A stretch of 64,000 nucleotides of DNA, taken from the NCBI GenBank assembly GCA_043228905.1, contig JBHGNT010000004.1:23746001-23810000 (forward strand). The letters run 5' to 3'. The stretch comes from Azolla caroliniana (lineage: Eukaryota; Plantae; Polypodiophyta). Positions within the stretch are counted from its first letter, which is position 1. The number at the start of each line of letters is the position of its first letter. A program made the translations under genes and the position numbers. Below, in pieces: positions 1 through 11,293 of this stretch. Below the pieces are notes generated by a model, which was given only the letters and a program-made list of their open reading frames with translations, had not been told where the DNA came from and ran no database searches.

Positions 1-1277
1 CGAATTTGAAGCAGTATCCAGTTGTTGATTTCCGACTGTCTATACAGCCGGCGAAGTCCGAGTCGGTGTAACCGACTACGCCTGTAGTTGAGTTCGGACC
101 GAAAAGAATGCCGTGATCTTTTGTGCCAGCCAGATATTTGAACACATGCTTGACTGCGTTCCAATGCGATCGGCCAGGATTGTGCATAAATCTGCTAACG
201 ACTCCTACGGCATGAGAAATATCAGGCCGTGTCGCGACCATCAGGTACATAAGGGAGCCGACTGCCGGTGCATACGGTACCGACTTCATATCTTCCCCCT
301 CCGGACCGGATGTCGGGCAGTCTCGCTGAGAGAGCCGAAGATTCATGGGGAGCGGGGTTGAAGCAGATTTGGCTGATTGCATGTTGAAGCGTTCCAAGAC
401 ACGTCCGATATAGTCGGTCTGAGACAAGAAAAGATGTCGTTTATCGCGATGCCGACTAATCTTCATGCCAAGGATGTGTCGTGCCGGACCGAGGTCCTTC
501 ATGGCAAACTTCAACCGCAGTTGCCGAATGAGATCGGCAAGTTCGCCCGCGTGGCGTCCAGAAATTAGCATGTCGTCCACGTAAATGATGAGGAAGATGG
601 GTGATCCATCTTGAGCTGTGTTGGTAAAAAGACAATGGTCCTCATCGCTTTTTGAGAAGCCGATCGATTGGATGAAGTCGTCGAACTTCTTGTACCATTG
701 TCGCGGTGCCTGTTTGAGGCCGTATAGACTCTTCCTGAGTCGGCAGACTAGATGTTCTTGGCCAGTTGCCACGAAGCCTTTTGGCTGCTCCATATAAATT
801 TCCTCTTCAAGATCACCATGGAGGAATGCTGTTTTGACATCTAGCTGAATCAGCTCCAAGTTGTCGGCTGCCACTACGCCAAGTAGAAAACGAAGGGTTG
901 TCATTTTCACCACTGGTGAAAAAATCTCGTCGAAGTCGACGCCATATTCTTGTCGGAAGCCCTTCGCAACTAATCTGGCCTTGTACTTTGGGGTGGTCGA
1001 ATCAGACGTCTCTTTTAGTCGATAAACCCACTTGCAAGGAAGAGCACGTCGGTTCCTAGGTAATTCGACCAGATCCCAAGTCTTGTTTGCCCGAATGGAG
1101 TGCATTTCCGACTCCATCGCCAGATGCCAGGTGGCGGAATCGACAGATGTCGATGCTTCTTCGTAAGACGTCGGTTCGCCGGCGTCGATGAAGAAAATTC
1201 CAGGAGAATACCTCTCCGGAGGTTGCGACAGTCTCTCGGATCGTCGAGGTATGATTGGACTGGTCGCATCGGGTATC
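1..1277 (-). mobile_element. Inverted fragment of Ty1/copia pol (IN-RT linker, RT, start of RNase H); runs off the window edge
   Basis: Near-identical reverse complement of 8447-9723 (position x pairs with 9724-x). Joined to the PBS of the + strand element through the shared hexamer GGTATC (1272-1277). Confidence 0.95.
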
Positions 1278-1283
1278 AGAGCC
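1272..1283 (+). promoter_or_regulatory. Primer binding site (initiator tRNA-Met) of copia element 1
   Basis: GGTATCAGAGCC; the intact sibling has TGGTATCAGAGCC right after its LTR (from 50960). Confidence 0.9.
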
Positions 1284-1965
1284 TGCATAGTATTCGGTCC
1301 TTCAATCCGCTGTCGGCCGTCGTCTCAGCCTGCACAGCATTCGGTTTCCTGCGTCATTCGAAGAAGAGAGAAGAAGAAGAAAAACGAGGCTTGCACCTCA
1401 TCGCGTTAGATCATCTTCGCTTGGAGTAAGCCAGCAGGTTGTACTCTGTTCCTTGTGATCGTAACCGCTCGAGGTGAAATCCCCTTGTGCAACATTGACA
1501 CGATCGTGCTCCACTCGGTTAAACGACATCCGAAGAGGTCATCAAACGCTGCTCGCCGCTCATTGTAACCACTCGGTGCAGATCGGTCTCAAGACAACAA
1601 CCCCAATTCGTGCTTCATCCGGCTGATCGACATTCGGGAGGATCAGTTGGATCCGTCTCTCTCGTCGCTGCAGTCACCCGAAGCATAATCGGTCCAGACA
1701 ATCGGTTTCAATAATCGGTATTTGGCATATATATTCGGAAGCGAACCGGGCTCACTCCAACTCGGCAACATTCGGGAAGACCAGTCGGTTCTGTCCCTCA
1801 GGTTACCGGAGTCAATTCGAGCAAGTTCAACAATACATATATCCGAAGCCGAACCGACTCGGGTTCAAATCCGACTAGAACGATATCGGGTGAGCCAACC
1901 GGCTGCACTCCAACAAGGTTCGTAGTCAACTCCGAACCGAGCTTCGTCAACCGAAACCAAATTTG

Positions 1966-4900
1966 ATGACATCAACATCCGGCTCGTCAGAAATGAGTCT
2001 ACGAAAGTTCGATGGATCGAACTTCAACTTCTGGAAGGAGCAAATGCAGGACTATCTCATAGTCAAGGGGCAAATCGATCCCATCGAAAATGAAGAACCT
2101 CCTGAAGGATACAAACCAATGGAGTGGCAGAAGCTGGACAGAATCGTCCGCGCCACGATTCGGATGCACCTATCGGAATCGGTATACTTTACGGTGCAAT
2201 CGTGTACGACAGCATTCGAACTGTGGAAAACACTGTCGGACACTTACGAAAAGAAGGTCGCTGCAACGAAGATGTTTCTGATCCGGCGCCTCTACAATTT
2301 GCGGATGAAAGAATCTGATTCGGTTCAAGCACATCTCAATGAGTACGAAAGCATAAGCTCCCAAATCTCGTCACAGGGGACGGCAATCGAGGATGAACTC
2401 AGAGCAATGATACTCATGAGCAGCCTTCCCTCATCATGGGAAACTTTCGTCACAACCGTGTGCAACGCGTCAACCACAGCTGTTAAATACTCCGAAGTCA
2501 CGAGCGCAATCCTGACCAAAGCAGCTCGGAGAAAGTCTTTCGCCAAAGACTCAACAGACGACGCTTACGTAGTACAAGGTTCGACAGACCGATCGAACAT
2601 ACGAGGAAGAGATTCCTCACGGCCGCCGAACAATCAGCGAAGACGGAGCCAGTCACGGGATAATCGAATCTGCAACTATTGCAAGAAACCCGGACACATC
2701 AAAGCCGACTGCCGCGCACTCAAGAACAAGAACGACAAGTCTCAGAGATCAGACAAGAAGAGTGGCCGGCATGAGGAGATCAATTACGTCAGCTTCTCAG
2801 CTGATGTGCTACCAAACGACCCGAATATACTATCAATCGAAAATCCAGTCGGATCAGAAGTTCTGCTCACGACTGAAGAATCGAGCACATGGCTCTTAGA
2901 TTCGGGCGCGTCATTTCACGTGACTCCTCATAGATCCCAATTTCGGCAATATACGATCCGTCACTCCGACTCAGTTCGAGTCGGCAACTCGCAACACTGT
3001 GACATCATTGGAATCGGCACAGTAGAGCTCAACCTTGCAGGTGGCTCTACACTTGTACTTCACAATGTCCGACATGTACCCGAGCTCTCAAGGCCATTGA
3101 TCTCAGTCGGACAACTAGATGAAGACGGCATTCGTGCCGGTTTTTCTTCGGGAGGGTGGACACTCCACAGGGGGAACCTCCTGCTTGCTAGAGGACCCAA
3201 GATACACTCACTGTATCCGTTACATGTTACGCTCAGAGAGGGTAACCTGTTTTTGGTGAATATTCCTGTGTCATCACTATGGCACAGAAGATTAGGACAC
3301 CTCAGCAAGGCCGGCATTACGCATCTATCTAGAGCCGGATACATCCCTAAACTCTCCTTCTCCGACCATCAATTCTGCGAGCACTGCCAGTATGGCAAAC
3401 AAGCAGCCGCATCACACCCGACATCAGCACCAAGAGAAACGAGACCTCTCGATTTGGTCCACTCGGACGTCTGTGGCCCAATGCCGCATCAGTCTCTCGG
3501 CGGTGCCTCTTACTTCGTCAGTTTTATTGACGATTCGACTCGAAAGGTGTGGGCTTATCCAATTCGCACCAAAGATCGCGTCTTCTCGATCTTCTCCGAT
3601 TGGCTCGCTATGGTAGAAAATCAAACCGACCGAAAACTGAAATGCTTTCGGACCGACAATGGGGGAGAGTTCAAATCAGAAGAATTCGTCAAATTCTGCC
3701 GACAACGCGGCATCCGACGTGAATTTACGGCACCACACAGTCCGGAGCAAAACGGGATTGCCGAACGCATGAATCGAACAATCCAAGAACGGATAGTTTC
3801 CATGCTCCAACACTCCGGACTGTCGGATGGCTTCTTGGCAGAGGCTCTACTCACGGCAGTACACATAATCAATATGTCGCCAAGCAGACCTCTAGGACTT
3901 CAAATTCCTCAGGAACTATGGATCGGCAGTAAGCCGAATTATGACAAGCTGAGGATCTTCGGATGCGAGGCATACGCCCTTATTCCGAAAGATGATCGCC
4001 GAAAACTTGCACCTCGGTCCAGGAAATGCATTTTCCTTGGATATGGATCAGACGGCGAAATGGGATACCGACTCTTGGACCTCGAACGCAGACAAATCGT
4101 TCGAAGTTCGGACGTTGTGTTCAACGAGTCGGCTATGAATCCATCAGTCGAAAAACCGATCGAAGTCCGAAGGGTAACATTTTCAGTAGAGCTCAACCTT
4201 GCAGGTGGCTCTACACTTGTACTTCACAATGTCCGACATGTACCCGAGCTCTCAAGGCCATTGATCTCAGTCGGACAACTAGATGAAGACGGCATTCGTG
4301 CCGGTTTTTCTTCGGGAGGGTGGACACTCCACAGGGGGAACCTCCTGCTTGCTAGAGGACCCAAGATACACTCACTGTATCCGTTACATGTTACGCTTAG
4401 AGAGGGTAACCTGTTTTTGGTGGATATTCCTGTGTCATCACTATGGCACAGAAGATTAGGACACCTCAGCAAGGCCGGCATTACGCATCTATCTAGAGCC
4501 GGATACATCCCTAAACTCTCCTTCTCCGACCATCAATTCTGCGAGCACTGCCAGTATGGCAAACAAGCAGCCGCATCACACCCGACATCAGCACCAAGAG
4601 AAACGAGACCTCTCGATTTGGTCCACTTGGACGTCTGTGGCCCAATGCCGCATCAGTCTCTCGGCGGTGCCTCTTACTTCGTCAGTTTTATTGACGATTC
4701 GACTCGAAAGGTGTGGGCTTATCCAATTCGCACCAAAGATCGCGTCTTCTCGATCTTCTCCGATTGGCTCGCTATGGTAGAAAATCAAACCGACCGAAAA
4801 CTGAAATGCTTTCGGACCGACAATGGGGGAGAGTTCAAATCAGAAGAATTCGTCAAATTCTGCCGACAATGCGGCATCCGACGTGAATTTACGGCACCAC

Positions 4901-5334
4901 ACAGTCCGGAGCAAAACGGGATTGCCGAACGCATGAATCGGACAATCCAAGAACGGATAGTTTCCATGCTCCAACACTCCGGACTGTCGGATGGCTTCTG
5001 GGCAGAGGCTCTACTCACGGCAGTACACATAATCAATATGTCGCCAAGCAGACCTCTAGGACTTCAAATTCCTCAGGAACTATGGATCGGCAGTAAGCCG
5101 AATTATGACAAGCTGAGGATCTTCGGATGCGAGGCATACGCCCTTATTCCGAAAGATGATCGCCGAAAACTTGCACCTCGGTCCAGGAAATGCATTTTCC
5201 TTGGATATGGATCAGACGGCGAAATGGGATACCGACTCTTGGACCTCGAACGCAGACAAATCGTTCGAAGTTCGGACGTTGTGTTCAACGAGTCGGCTAT
5301 GAATCCATCAGTCGAAAAACCGATCGAAGTCTGA
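1966..5334 (+). CDS. Copia polyprotein Gag-PR-IN-IN (two tandem integrases, no RT), ending at a CGA>TGA stop
   Basis: ORF track 1963..5334 (ATG at 1966). The 388-aa GAG-pre-integrase/integrase block is repeated in frame. Confidence 0.85.
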   Translation: MTSTSGSSEMSLRKFDGSNFNFWKEQMQDYLIVKGQIDPIENEEPPEGYKPMEWQKLDRIVRATIRMHLSESVYFTVQSCTTAFELWKTLSDTYEKKVAATKMFLIRRLYNLRMKESDSVQAHLNEYESISSQISSQGTAIEDELRAMILMSSLPSSWETFVTTVCNASTTAVKYSEVTSAILTKAARRKSFAKDSTDDAYVVQGSTDRSNIRGRDSSRPPNNQRRRSQSRDNRICNYCKKPGHIKADCRALKNKNDKSQRSDKKSGRHEEINYVSFSADVLPNDPNILSIENPVGSEVLLTTEESSTWLLDSGASFHVTPHRSQFRQYTIRHSDSVRVGNSQHCDIIGIGTVELNLAGGSTLVLHNVRHVPELSRPLISVGQLDEDGIRAGFSSGGWTLHRGNLLLARGPKIHSLYPLHVTLREGNLFLVNIPVSSLWHRRLGHLSKAGITHLSRAGYIPKLSFSDHQFCEHCQYGKQAAASHPTSAPRETRPLDLVHSDVCGPMPHQSLGGASYFVSFIDDSTRKVWAYPIRTKDRVFSIFSDWLAMVENQTDRKLKCFRTDNGGEFKSEEFVKFCRQRGIRREFTAPHSPEQNGIAERMNRTIQERIVSMLQHSGLSDGFLAEALLTAVHIINMSPSRPLGLQIPQELWIGSKPNYDKLRIFGCEAYALIPKDDRRKLAPRSRKCIFLGYGSDGEMGYRLLDLERRQIVRSSDVVFNESAMNPSVEKPIEVRRVTFSVELNLAGGSTLVLHNVRHVPELSRPLISVGQLDEDGIRAGFSSGGWTLHRGNLLLARGPKIHSLYPLHVTLREGNLFLVDIPVSSLWHRRLGHLSKAGITHLSRAGYIPKLSFSDHQFCEHCQYGKQAAASHPTSAPRETRPLDLVHLDVCGPMPHQSLGGASYFVSFIDDSTRKVWAYPIRTKDRVFSIFSDWLAMVENQTDRKLKCFRTDNGGEFKSEEFVKFCRQCGIRREFTAPHSPEQNGIAERMNRTIQERIVSMLQHSGLSDGFWAEALLTAVHIINMSPSRPLGLQIPQELWIGSKPNYDKLRIFGCEAYALIPKDDRRKLAPRSRKCIFLGYGSDGEMGYRLLDLERRQIVRSSDVVFNESAMNPSVEKPIEV

Positions 5335-5427
5335 AGGGTAACATTTTCAGTAGAGCTCAACCTTGCAGGTGGCTCTACACTTGTACTTCACAATGTCCGA
5401 CATGTACCCGAGCTCTCAAGGCCATTG

Positions 5428-6057
5428 TGTAACGAATAGACGCTTCTATTCACCTTCACCGCTCGGCCACAACCGAGTGATCGCTGATCAATGGAGCAGA
5501 AAATAGGAACCACGCGGAGAAAGAAACAAAACACGAGCACACAGGGATTTAACGTGGAAAACCCTAGATGGGAAAAACCACGGGAGTACAAGACTCCAAA
5601 CAACACTATGCAAAGAGAAGTATACAGTGGCGAGCTCGAAGGCGACGACCTTGAGCTCGTTGTCCTCGCCACAGGCGGCGGAAATACACAGAGGCGTCGT
5701 CCTCTTTCTCTCTCGCGCTCTATCTCTCTCTCTCTCTCTCTCTCTCACGGCTACTCTCTCTCTTCACTCCTCTTAAGGGGAAAAACAGAAAAATGAGAAG
5801 CAACAACAAAACTGTTTGCCCTAAGTCATATTTATACATATATGACTTTAGGGCTATTTACAACTATAGCCTCAGAGGGGCCCTTAGCAGACATATTCAC
5901 CGATATGTCCCTGCATCCGGATCTTTTCTTCGGGTACATTCGTCATCCGACTCTGAAGTCGGGGTCTTCATCATCCGGTTCCGAAACCGAAACCGGGCTT
6001 GTCGACTTTGGCCTCCGACATCCGACCATCCCATCTGAAGGGACCGAAATCCCAACA
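5428..6057 (-). mobile_element. Solo LTR (630 bp) of a different copia-like family, inserted in integrase copy 3
   Basis: Minus-strand termini TGTTGGG...GTTACA; 5-bp TSD CATTG (5423-5427 / 6058-6062); minus-strand TATA-like TATATAAATA and Tnt1-type U5 motif GGGTTTTCCACGTTAAAT. Confidence 0.9.
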
Positions 6058-6062
6058 CATTG

Positions 6063-7133
6063 ATCTCAGTCGGACAACTAGATGAAGACGGCATTCGTGC
6101 CGGTTTTTCTTCGGGAGGGTGGACACTCCACAGGGGGAACCTCCTGCTTGCTAGAGGACCCAAGATACACTCACTGTATCCGTTACATGTTACGCTCAGA
6201 GAGGGTAACCTGTTTTTGGTGGATATTCCTGTGTCATCACTATGGCACAGAAGATTAGGACACCTCAGCAAGGCCGGCATTACGCATCTATCTAGAGCCG
6301 GATACATCCCTAAACTCTCCTTCTCCGACCATCAATTCTGCGAGCACTGCCAGTATGGCAAACAAGCAGCCGCATCACACCCGACATCAGCACCAAGAGA
6401 AACGAGACCTCTCGATTTGGTCCACTCGGACGTCTGTGGCCCAATGCCGCATCAGTCTCTCGGCGGTGCCTCTTACTTCGTCAGTTTTATTGACGATTCG
6501 ACTCGAAAGGTGTGGGCTTATCCAATTCGCACCAAAGATCGCGTCTTCTCGATCTTCTCCGATTGGCTCGCTATGGTAGAAAATCAAACCGACCGAAAAC
6601 TGAAATGCTTTCGGACCGACAATGGGGGAGAGTTCAAATCAGAAGAATTCGTCAAATTCTGCCGACAACGCGGCATCCGACGTGAATTTACGGCACCACA
6701 CAGTCCGGAGCAAAACGGGATTGCCGAACGCATGAATCGGACAATCCAAGAACGGATAGTTTCCATGCTCCAACACTCCGGACTGTCGGATGGCTTCTGG
6801 GCAGAGGCTCTACTCACGGCAGTACACATAATCAATATGTCGCCAAGCAGACCTCTAGGACTTCAAATTCCTCAGGAACTATGGATCGGCAGTAAGCCGA
6901 ATTATGACAAGCTGAGGATCTTCGGATGCGAGGCATACGCCCTTATTCCGAAAGATGATCGCCGAAAACTTGCACCTCGGTCCAGGAAATGCATTTTCCT
7001 TGGATATGGATCAGACGGCGAAATGGGATACCGACTCTTGGACCTCGAACGCAGACAAATCGTTCGAAGTTCGGACGTTGTGTTCAACGAGTCGGCTATG
7101 AATCCATCAGTCGAAAAACCGATCGAAGTCTGA
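6063..7133 (+). pseudogene. Integrase copy 3, cut off by the solo LTR and ending at the shared TGA
   Basis: ORF track 6060..7133, near identical to the other copies. Confidence 0.85.
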
Positions 7134-7146
7134 AGGGTAACATTTT

Positions 7147-10124
7147 CAGTAGAGCTCAACCTTGCAGGTGGCTCTACACTTGTACTTCACAATGTCCGAC
7201 ATGTACCCGAGCTCTCAAGGCCATTGATCTCAGTCGGACAACTAGATGAAGACGGCATTCGTGCCGGTTTTTCTTCGGGAGGGTGGACACTCCACAGGGG
7301 GAACCTCCTGCTTGCTAGAGGACCCAAGATACACTCACTGTATCCGTTACATGTTACGCTCAGAGAGGGTAACCTGTTTTTGGTGGATATTCCTGTGTCA
7401 TCACTATGGCACAGAAGATTAGGACACCTCAGCAAGGCCGGCATTACGCATCTATCTAGAGCCGGATACATCCCTAAACTCTCCTTCTCCGACCATCAAT
7501 TCTGCGAGCACTGCCAGTATGGCAAACAAGCAGCCGCATCACACCCGACATCAGCACCAAGAGAAACGAGACCTCTCGATTTGGTCCACTCGGACGTCTG
7601 TGGCCCAATGCCGCATCAGTCTCTCGGCGGTGCCTCTTACTTCGTCAGTTTTATTGACGATTCGACTCGAAAGGTGTGGGCTTATCCAATTCGCACCAAA
7701 GATCGCGTCTTCTCGATCTTCTCCGATTGGCTCGCTATGGTAGAAAATCAAACCGACCGAAAACTGAAATGCTTTCGGACCGACAATGGGGGAGAGTTCA
7801 AATCAGAAGAATTCGTCAAATTCTGCCGACAACGCGGCATCCGACGTGAATTTACGGCACCACACAGTCCGGAGCAAAACGGGATTGCCGAACGCATGAA
7901 TCGGACAATCCAAGAACGGATAGTTTCCATGCTCCAACACTCCGGACTGTCGGATGGCTTCTGGGCAGAGGCTCTACTCACGGCAGTACACATAATCAAT
8001 ATGTCGCCAAGCAGACCTCTAGGACTTCAAATTCCTCAGGAACTATGGATCGGCAGTAAGCCGAATTATGACAAGCTGAGGATCTTCGGATGCGAGGCAT
8101 ACGCCCTTATTCCGAAAGATGATCGCCGAAAACTTGCACCTCGGTCCAGGAAATGCATTTTCCTTGGATATGGATCAGATGGCGAAATGGGATACCGACT
8201 CTGGGACCTCGAACGCAGACAAATCGTTCGAAGTTCGGACGTTGTGTTCAACGAGTCGGCTATGAATCCATCAGTCGAAAAACCGATCGAAGTCCGAAGG
8301 GTAACATTTTCCGATGTGCCGACCCTTCAAGAAGGCCCCGCTCTTAACACACGGTCAGCTTCACGGGTAGCTGAACCTTACACTACCGACTCGAACAACT
8401 CCGACTCGGCACAGCAGAATAATTCGCTTTCGGACCATCCGACCTCGATACCCGATGCGACCAGTCCAATCATACCTCGACGATCCGAGAGACTGTCGCA
8501 ACCTCCGGAGAGGTATTCTCCTGGAATTTTCTTCACCGACGCCGGCGAACCGACGTCTTACGAAGAAGCATCGACATCTGTCGATTCCGCCACCTGGCAT
8601 CTGGCGATGGAGTCGGAAATGCACTCCATTCGGGCAAACAAGACTTGGGATCTGGTCGAATTACCTAGGAACCGACGTGCTCTTCCTTGCAAGTGGGTTT
8701 ATCGACTAAAAGAGACGTATGATTTGACCACCCCAAAGTACAAGGCCAGATTAGTTGCGAAGGGCTTCCGACAAGAATATGGCGTCGACTTCGACGAGAT
8801 TTTTTCACCAGTGGTGAAAATGACAACCCTTCGTTTTCTACTCGGCGTAGTGGCAGCCGACAACTTGGAGCTGATTCAGCTAGATGTCAAAACAGCATTC
8901 CTCCATGGTGATCTTGAAGAGGAAATTTATATGGAGCAGCCAAAAGGCTTCGTGGCAACTGGCCAAGAACATCTAGTCTGCCGACTCAGGAAGAGTCTAT
9001 ACGGCCTCAAACAGGCACCGCGACAATGGTACAAGAAGTTCGACGACTTCATCCAATCGATCGGCTTCTCAAAAAGCGATGAGGACCATTGTCTTTTTAC
9101 CAACACAGCTCAAGATGGATCACCCATCTTCCTCATCATTTACGTGGACGACATGCTAATTTCTGGATGCCACGCGGGCGAACTTGCCGATCTCATTCGG
9201 CAACTGCGGTTGAAGTTTGCCATGAAGGACCTCGGTCCGGCACGACACATCCTTGGCATGAAGATTAGTCGGCATCGCGATAAACGACATCTTTTCTTGT
9301 CTCAGACCGACTATATCGGACGTGTCTTGGAACGCTTCAACATGCAATCAGCCAAATCTGCTTCAACCCCGCTCCCCATGAATCTTCGGCTCTCTCAGCG
9401 AGACTGCCCGACATCCGGTCCGGAGGGGGAAGATATGAAGTCGGTACCGTATGCACCGGCAGTCGGCTCCCTTATGTACCTGATGGTCGCGACACGGCCT
9501 GATATTTCTCGTGCCGTAGGAGTCGTTAGCAGATTTATGCACAATCCTGGCCGATCGCATTGGAACGCAGTCAAGCATGTGTTCAAATATCTGGCTGGCA
9601 CAAAAGATCACGGCATTCTTTTCGGTCCGAACTCAACTACAGGCGTAGTCGGTTACACCGACTCGGACTTCGCCGGCTGTATAGACAGTCGGAAATCAAC
9701 AACTGGATACTGCTTCAAATTCGGCAATGGAGCAATTTCGTGGAAGTCGAAACTTCAGGAGTGCACAGCGACCTCAACGACCGAAGCAGAATATGTAGCT
9801 ACGTCCGACGTTGCAAAAGAAGCTTTGTGGCTCAGCCGGCTGGCGCACACGTTTCGACAAGTCGACCATGACTCGGCCCCAGTTGTCTATAGCGACAGTG
9901 AAGGTGTTGTTGCCTTGTCGAAAAATCCGGTTCACCACAACGCCTCCAAACATATCGACGTTCGATATCACTTCGTTCGGGACTGCGTCATTTCAGGGAA
10001 AATCGGTTTAGAGAAAATATCCACAACCGACAATGTCGCAGATGGAATGACCAAGTGTCTTTCGGCAGACCGCTTTCGGTCCCTTCGGCATCAAATGGGC
10101 GTAACGACAAACCAGTCCGGTTAG
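7147..10124 (+). CDS. Copia IN-RT-RNase H reading frame (copy 4 plus RT/RH), disconnected from gag by upstream stops
   Basis: ORF track 7224..10124, 966 aa, with DDE, YVDD and RNase H motifs. Confidence 0.88.
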
Positions 10125-10317
10125 AGCCAGACACAGCGCAGGATGGTCTCCGACAACCGACATCAGTTCCTTAATGATCGGCTTCAACTCTTCCGACCCG
10201 ACCAGTTCGGTCTTCTGCCTTCGGACCCTGCCGACTCGAACAAAACTGATATGTCCGAGAACCTAGGTTCATGCTTGTAATCTTAGATAACCCATGTATA
10301 CGCCCATTACGGGGGAG

Positions 10318-10625
10318 TGTCGAATACAAGTGTATAATGGACGTATTCACACTATCCTTTTGTATAGCTCAAGTTTGGGCCATTTGTGTAATTAGCATAA
10401 ATAGTAGTTGCCCTAAGTGTGTCACTATATAAAGTGACCTTGTAACCTTTATGTAGGGTTGGGTTGTATTATTGCTTTATGGAATAGAAAGAGTCGTTTT
10501 GTGCCTCCTCTCTCTCTCTCTCTCTCTCTATCTCTGTGCAACGACCTTGAAACTGTCATACGCAGGTACTCACCCCAATCGAATGCTGCTTGATCTTCCG
10601 CATCGACACGGCCTTGTCTACAACA
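10318..10625 (+). repeat. 3' LTR of copia element 1 (308 bp), preceded by PPT 10311-10317
   Basis: GGGGGAG|TGTCGAATAC...CTACAACA; homologous to the LTRs at 50678 and 57192; TATA inside the near-palindrome GTCACTATATAAAGTGAC. Confidence 0.92.
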
Positions 10626-10880
10626 GTTACTTCAAGAGATATGGAGTGAAATTGTAGCCACTCTGAAGAGCCAATATGATGGCCTTAAGGGCGGCTCCGA
10701 TGGAGTTGAAAGACAACGAATAGCCTTCATCCAACAATGGTTGTCCTCTCCCTTTCTTGAGTCAGTGGGCATCCACATAAGATGGAATTATCACATCCCT
10801 TCAGGGATGTGTACATAGTCATCTCATTTGTAAAATTTTATTACTAATGGAAGGAGCTTTTTGTTTGGGAAAAAAAAAAA
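10626..10880 (+). mobile_element. 3' end of a LINE (L1-like), the host sequence into which copia element 1 inserted
   Basis: Translates LLQEIWSEIVATLKSQYDG..; matches the reverse complement of ~44650-44895; ends ACTAATGGAAGGAG..TTTGGG(A)11. Confidence 0.8.
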
Positions 10881-11293
10881 GAGAAATTGTCCAATCAATT
10901 GTGTTAATTATAATTAACCAATAACCTAAAATAGAACCAAGAAAAGGAAATGAACATGTACAAATACCGAACAACTAGCTAAACAAGTGTTAACTATTAA
11001 AAATCATTAAACAACAATTTTTAAATATTTAATAAGGCTTCTTTCACCACATATGTTATGTATGCCTATGTTGTTTTATATTCATAATCTTAAGGACTAA
11101 TTATAAAGCTAGTTTTAATGAGTTAAGGGCACAATAGTTAGGAGAACCCATCAGGGCATTTTACATGTGGGAAAATATGCTAGTTTGGAAGCCTTAGCCC
11201 TTAGTTGTTAGGTTAGATAAAGAGGAGTTACTACCTCTTTAGTATTGCATATTGACATGCTATCGAGACTCTATTGGTGAAACTAAGGTCTCC

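Larger units (their letters stand above)
3020..8310 (+). repeat. Four head-to-tail copies of a 1164-bp integrase block (3020-4183, 4184-5347, 5348-7146 including the solo LTR, 7147-8310)
   Basis: Junction GTAACATTTT|CAGTAGAGCTC recurs at 4184, 5348 and 7147. Period 1164 bp (388 codons); copy 3 is 1164+635 bp. Confidence 0.97.
1272..10625 (+). mobile_element. Ty1/copia LTR retrotransposon (Tnt1/Tork-like), element 1; rearranged, 5' LTR absent at this position
   Basis: PBS GGTATCAGAGCC, gag (KFDGSNFNFWKEQMQDYL, CNYCKKPGHIKADC), protease WLLDSGAS, HHCC+DDE integrase, RT (QLDVKTAFLHG, YVDDML), RNase H (YTDSD, KHIDVRYHF), PPT GGGGGAG and 3' LTR TGT..ACA. Domain order PR-IN-RT-RH. Confidence 0.97.

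Noticed and set aside
113-10011. Many short ORFs antisense or out of frame to copia pol, recurring identically
   Set aside because: Shadow frames of the repeated integrase/RT sequence; no independent coding evidence.
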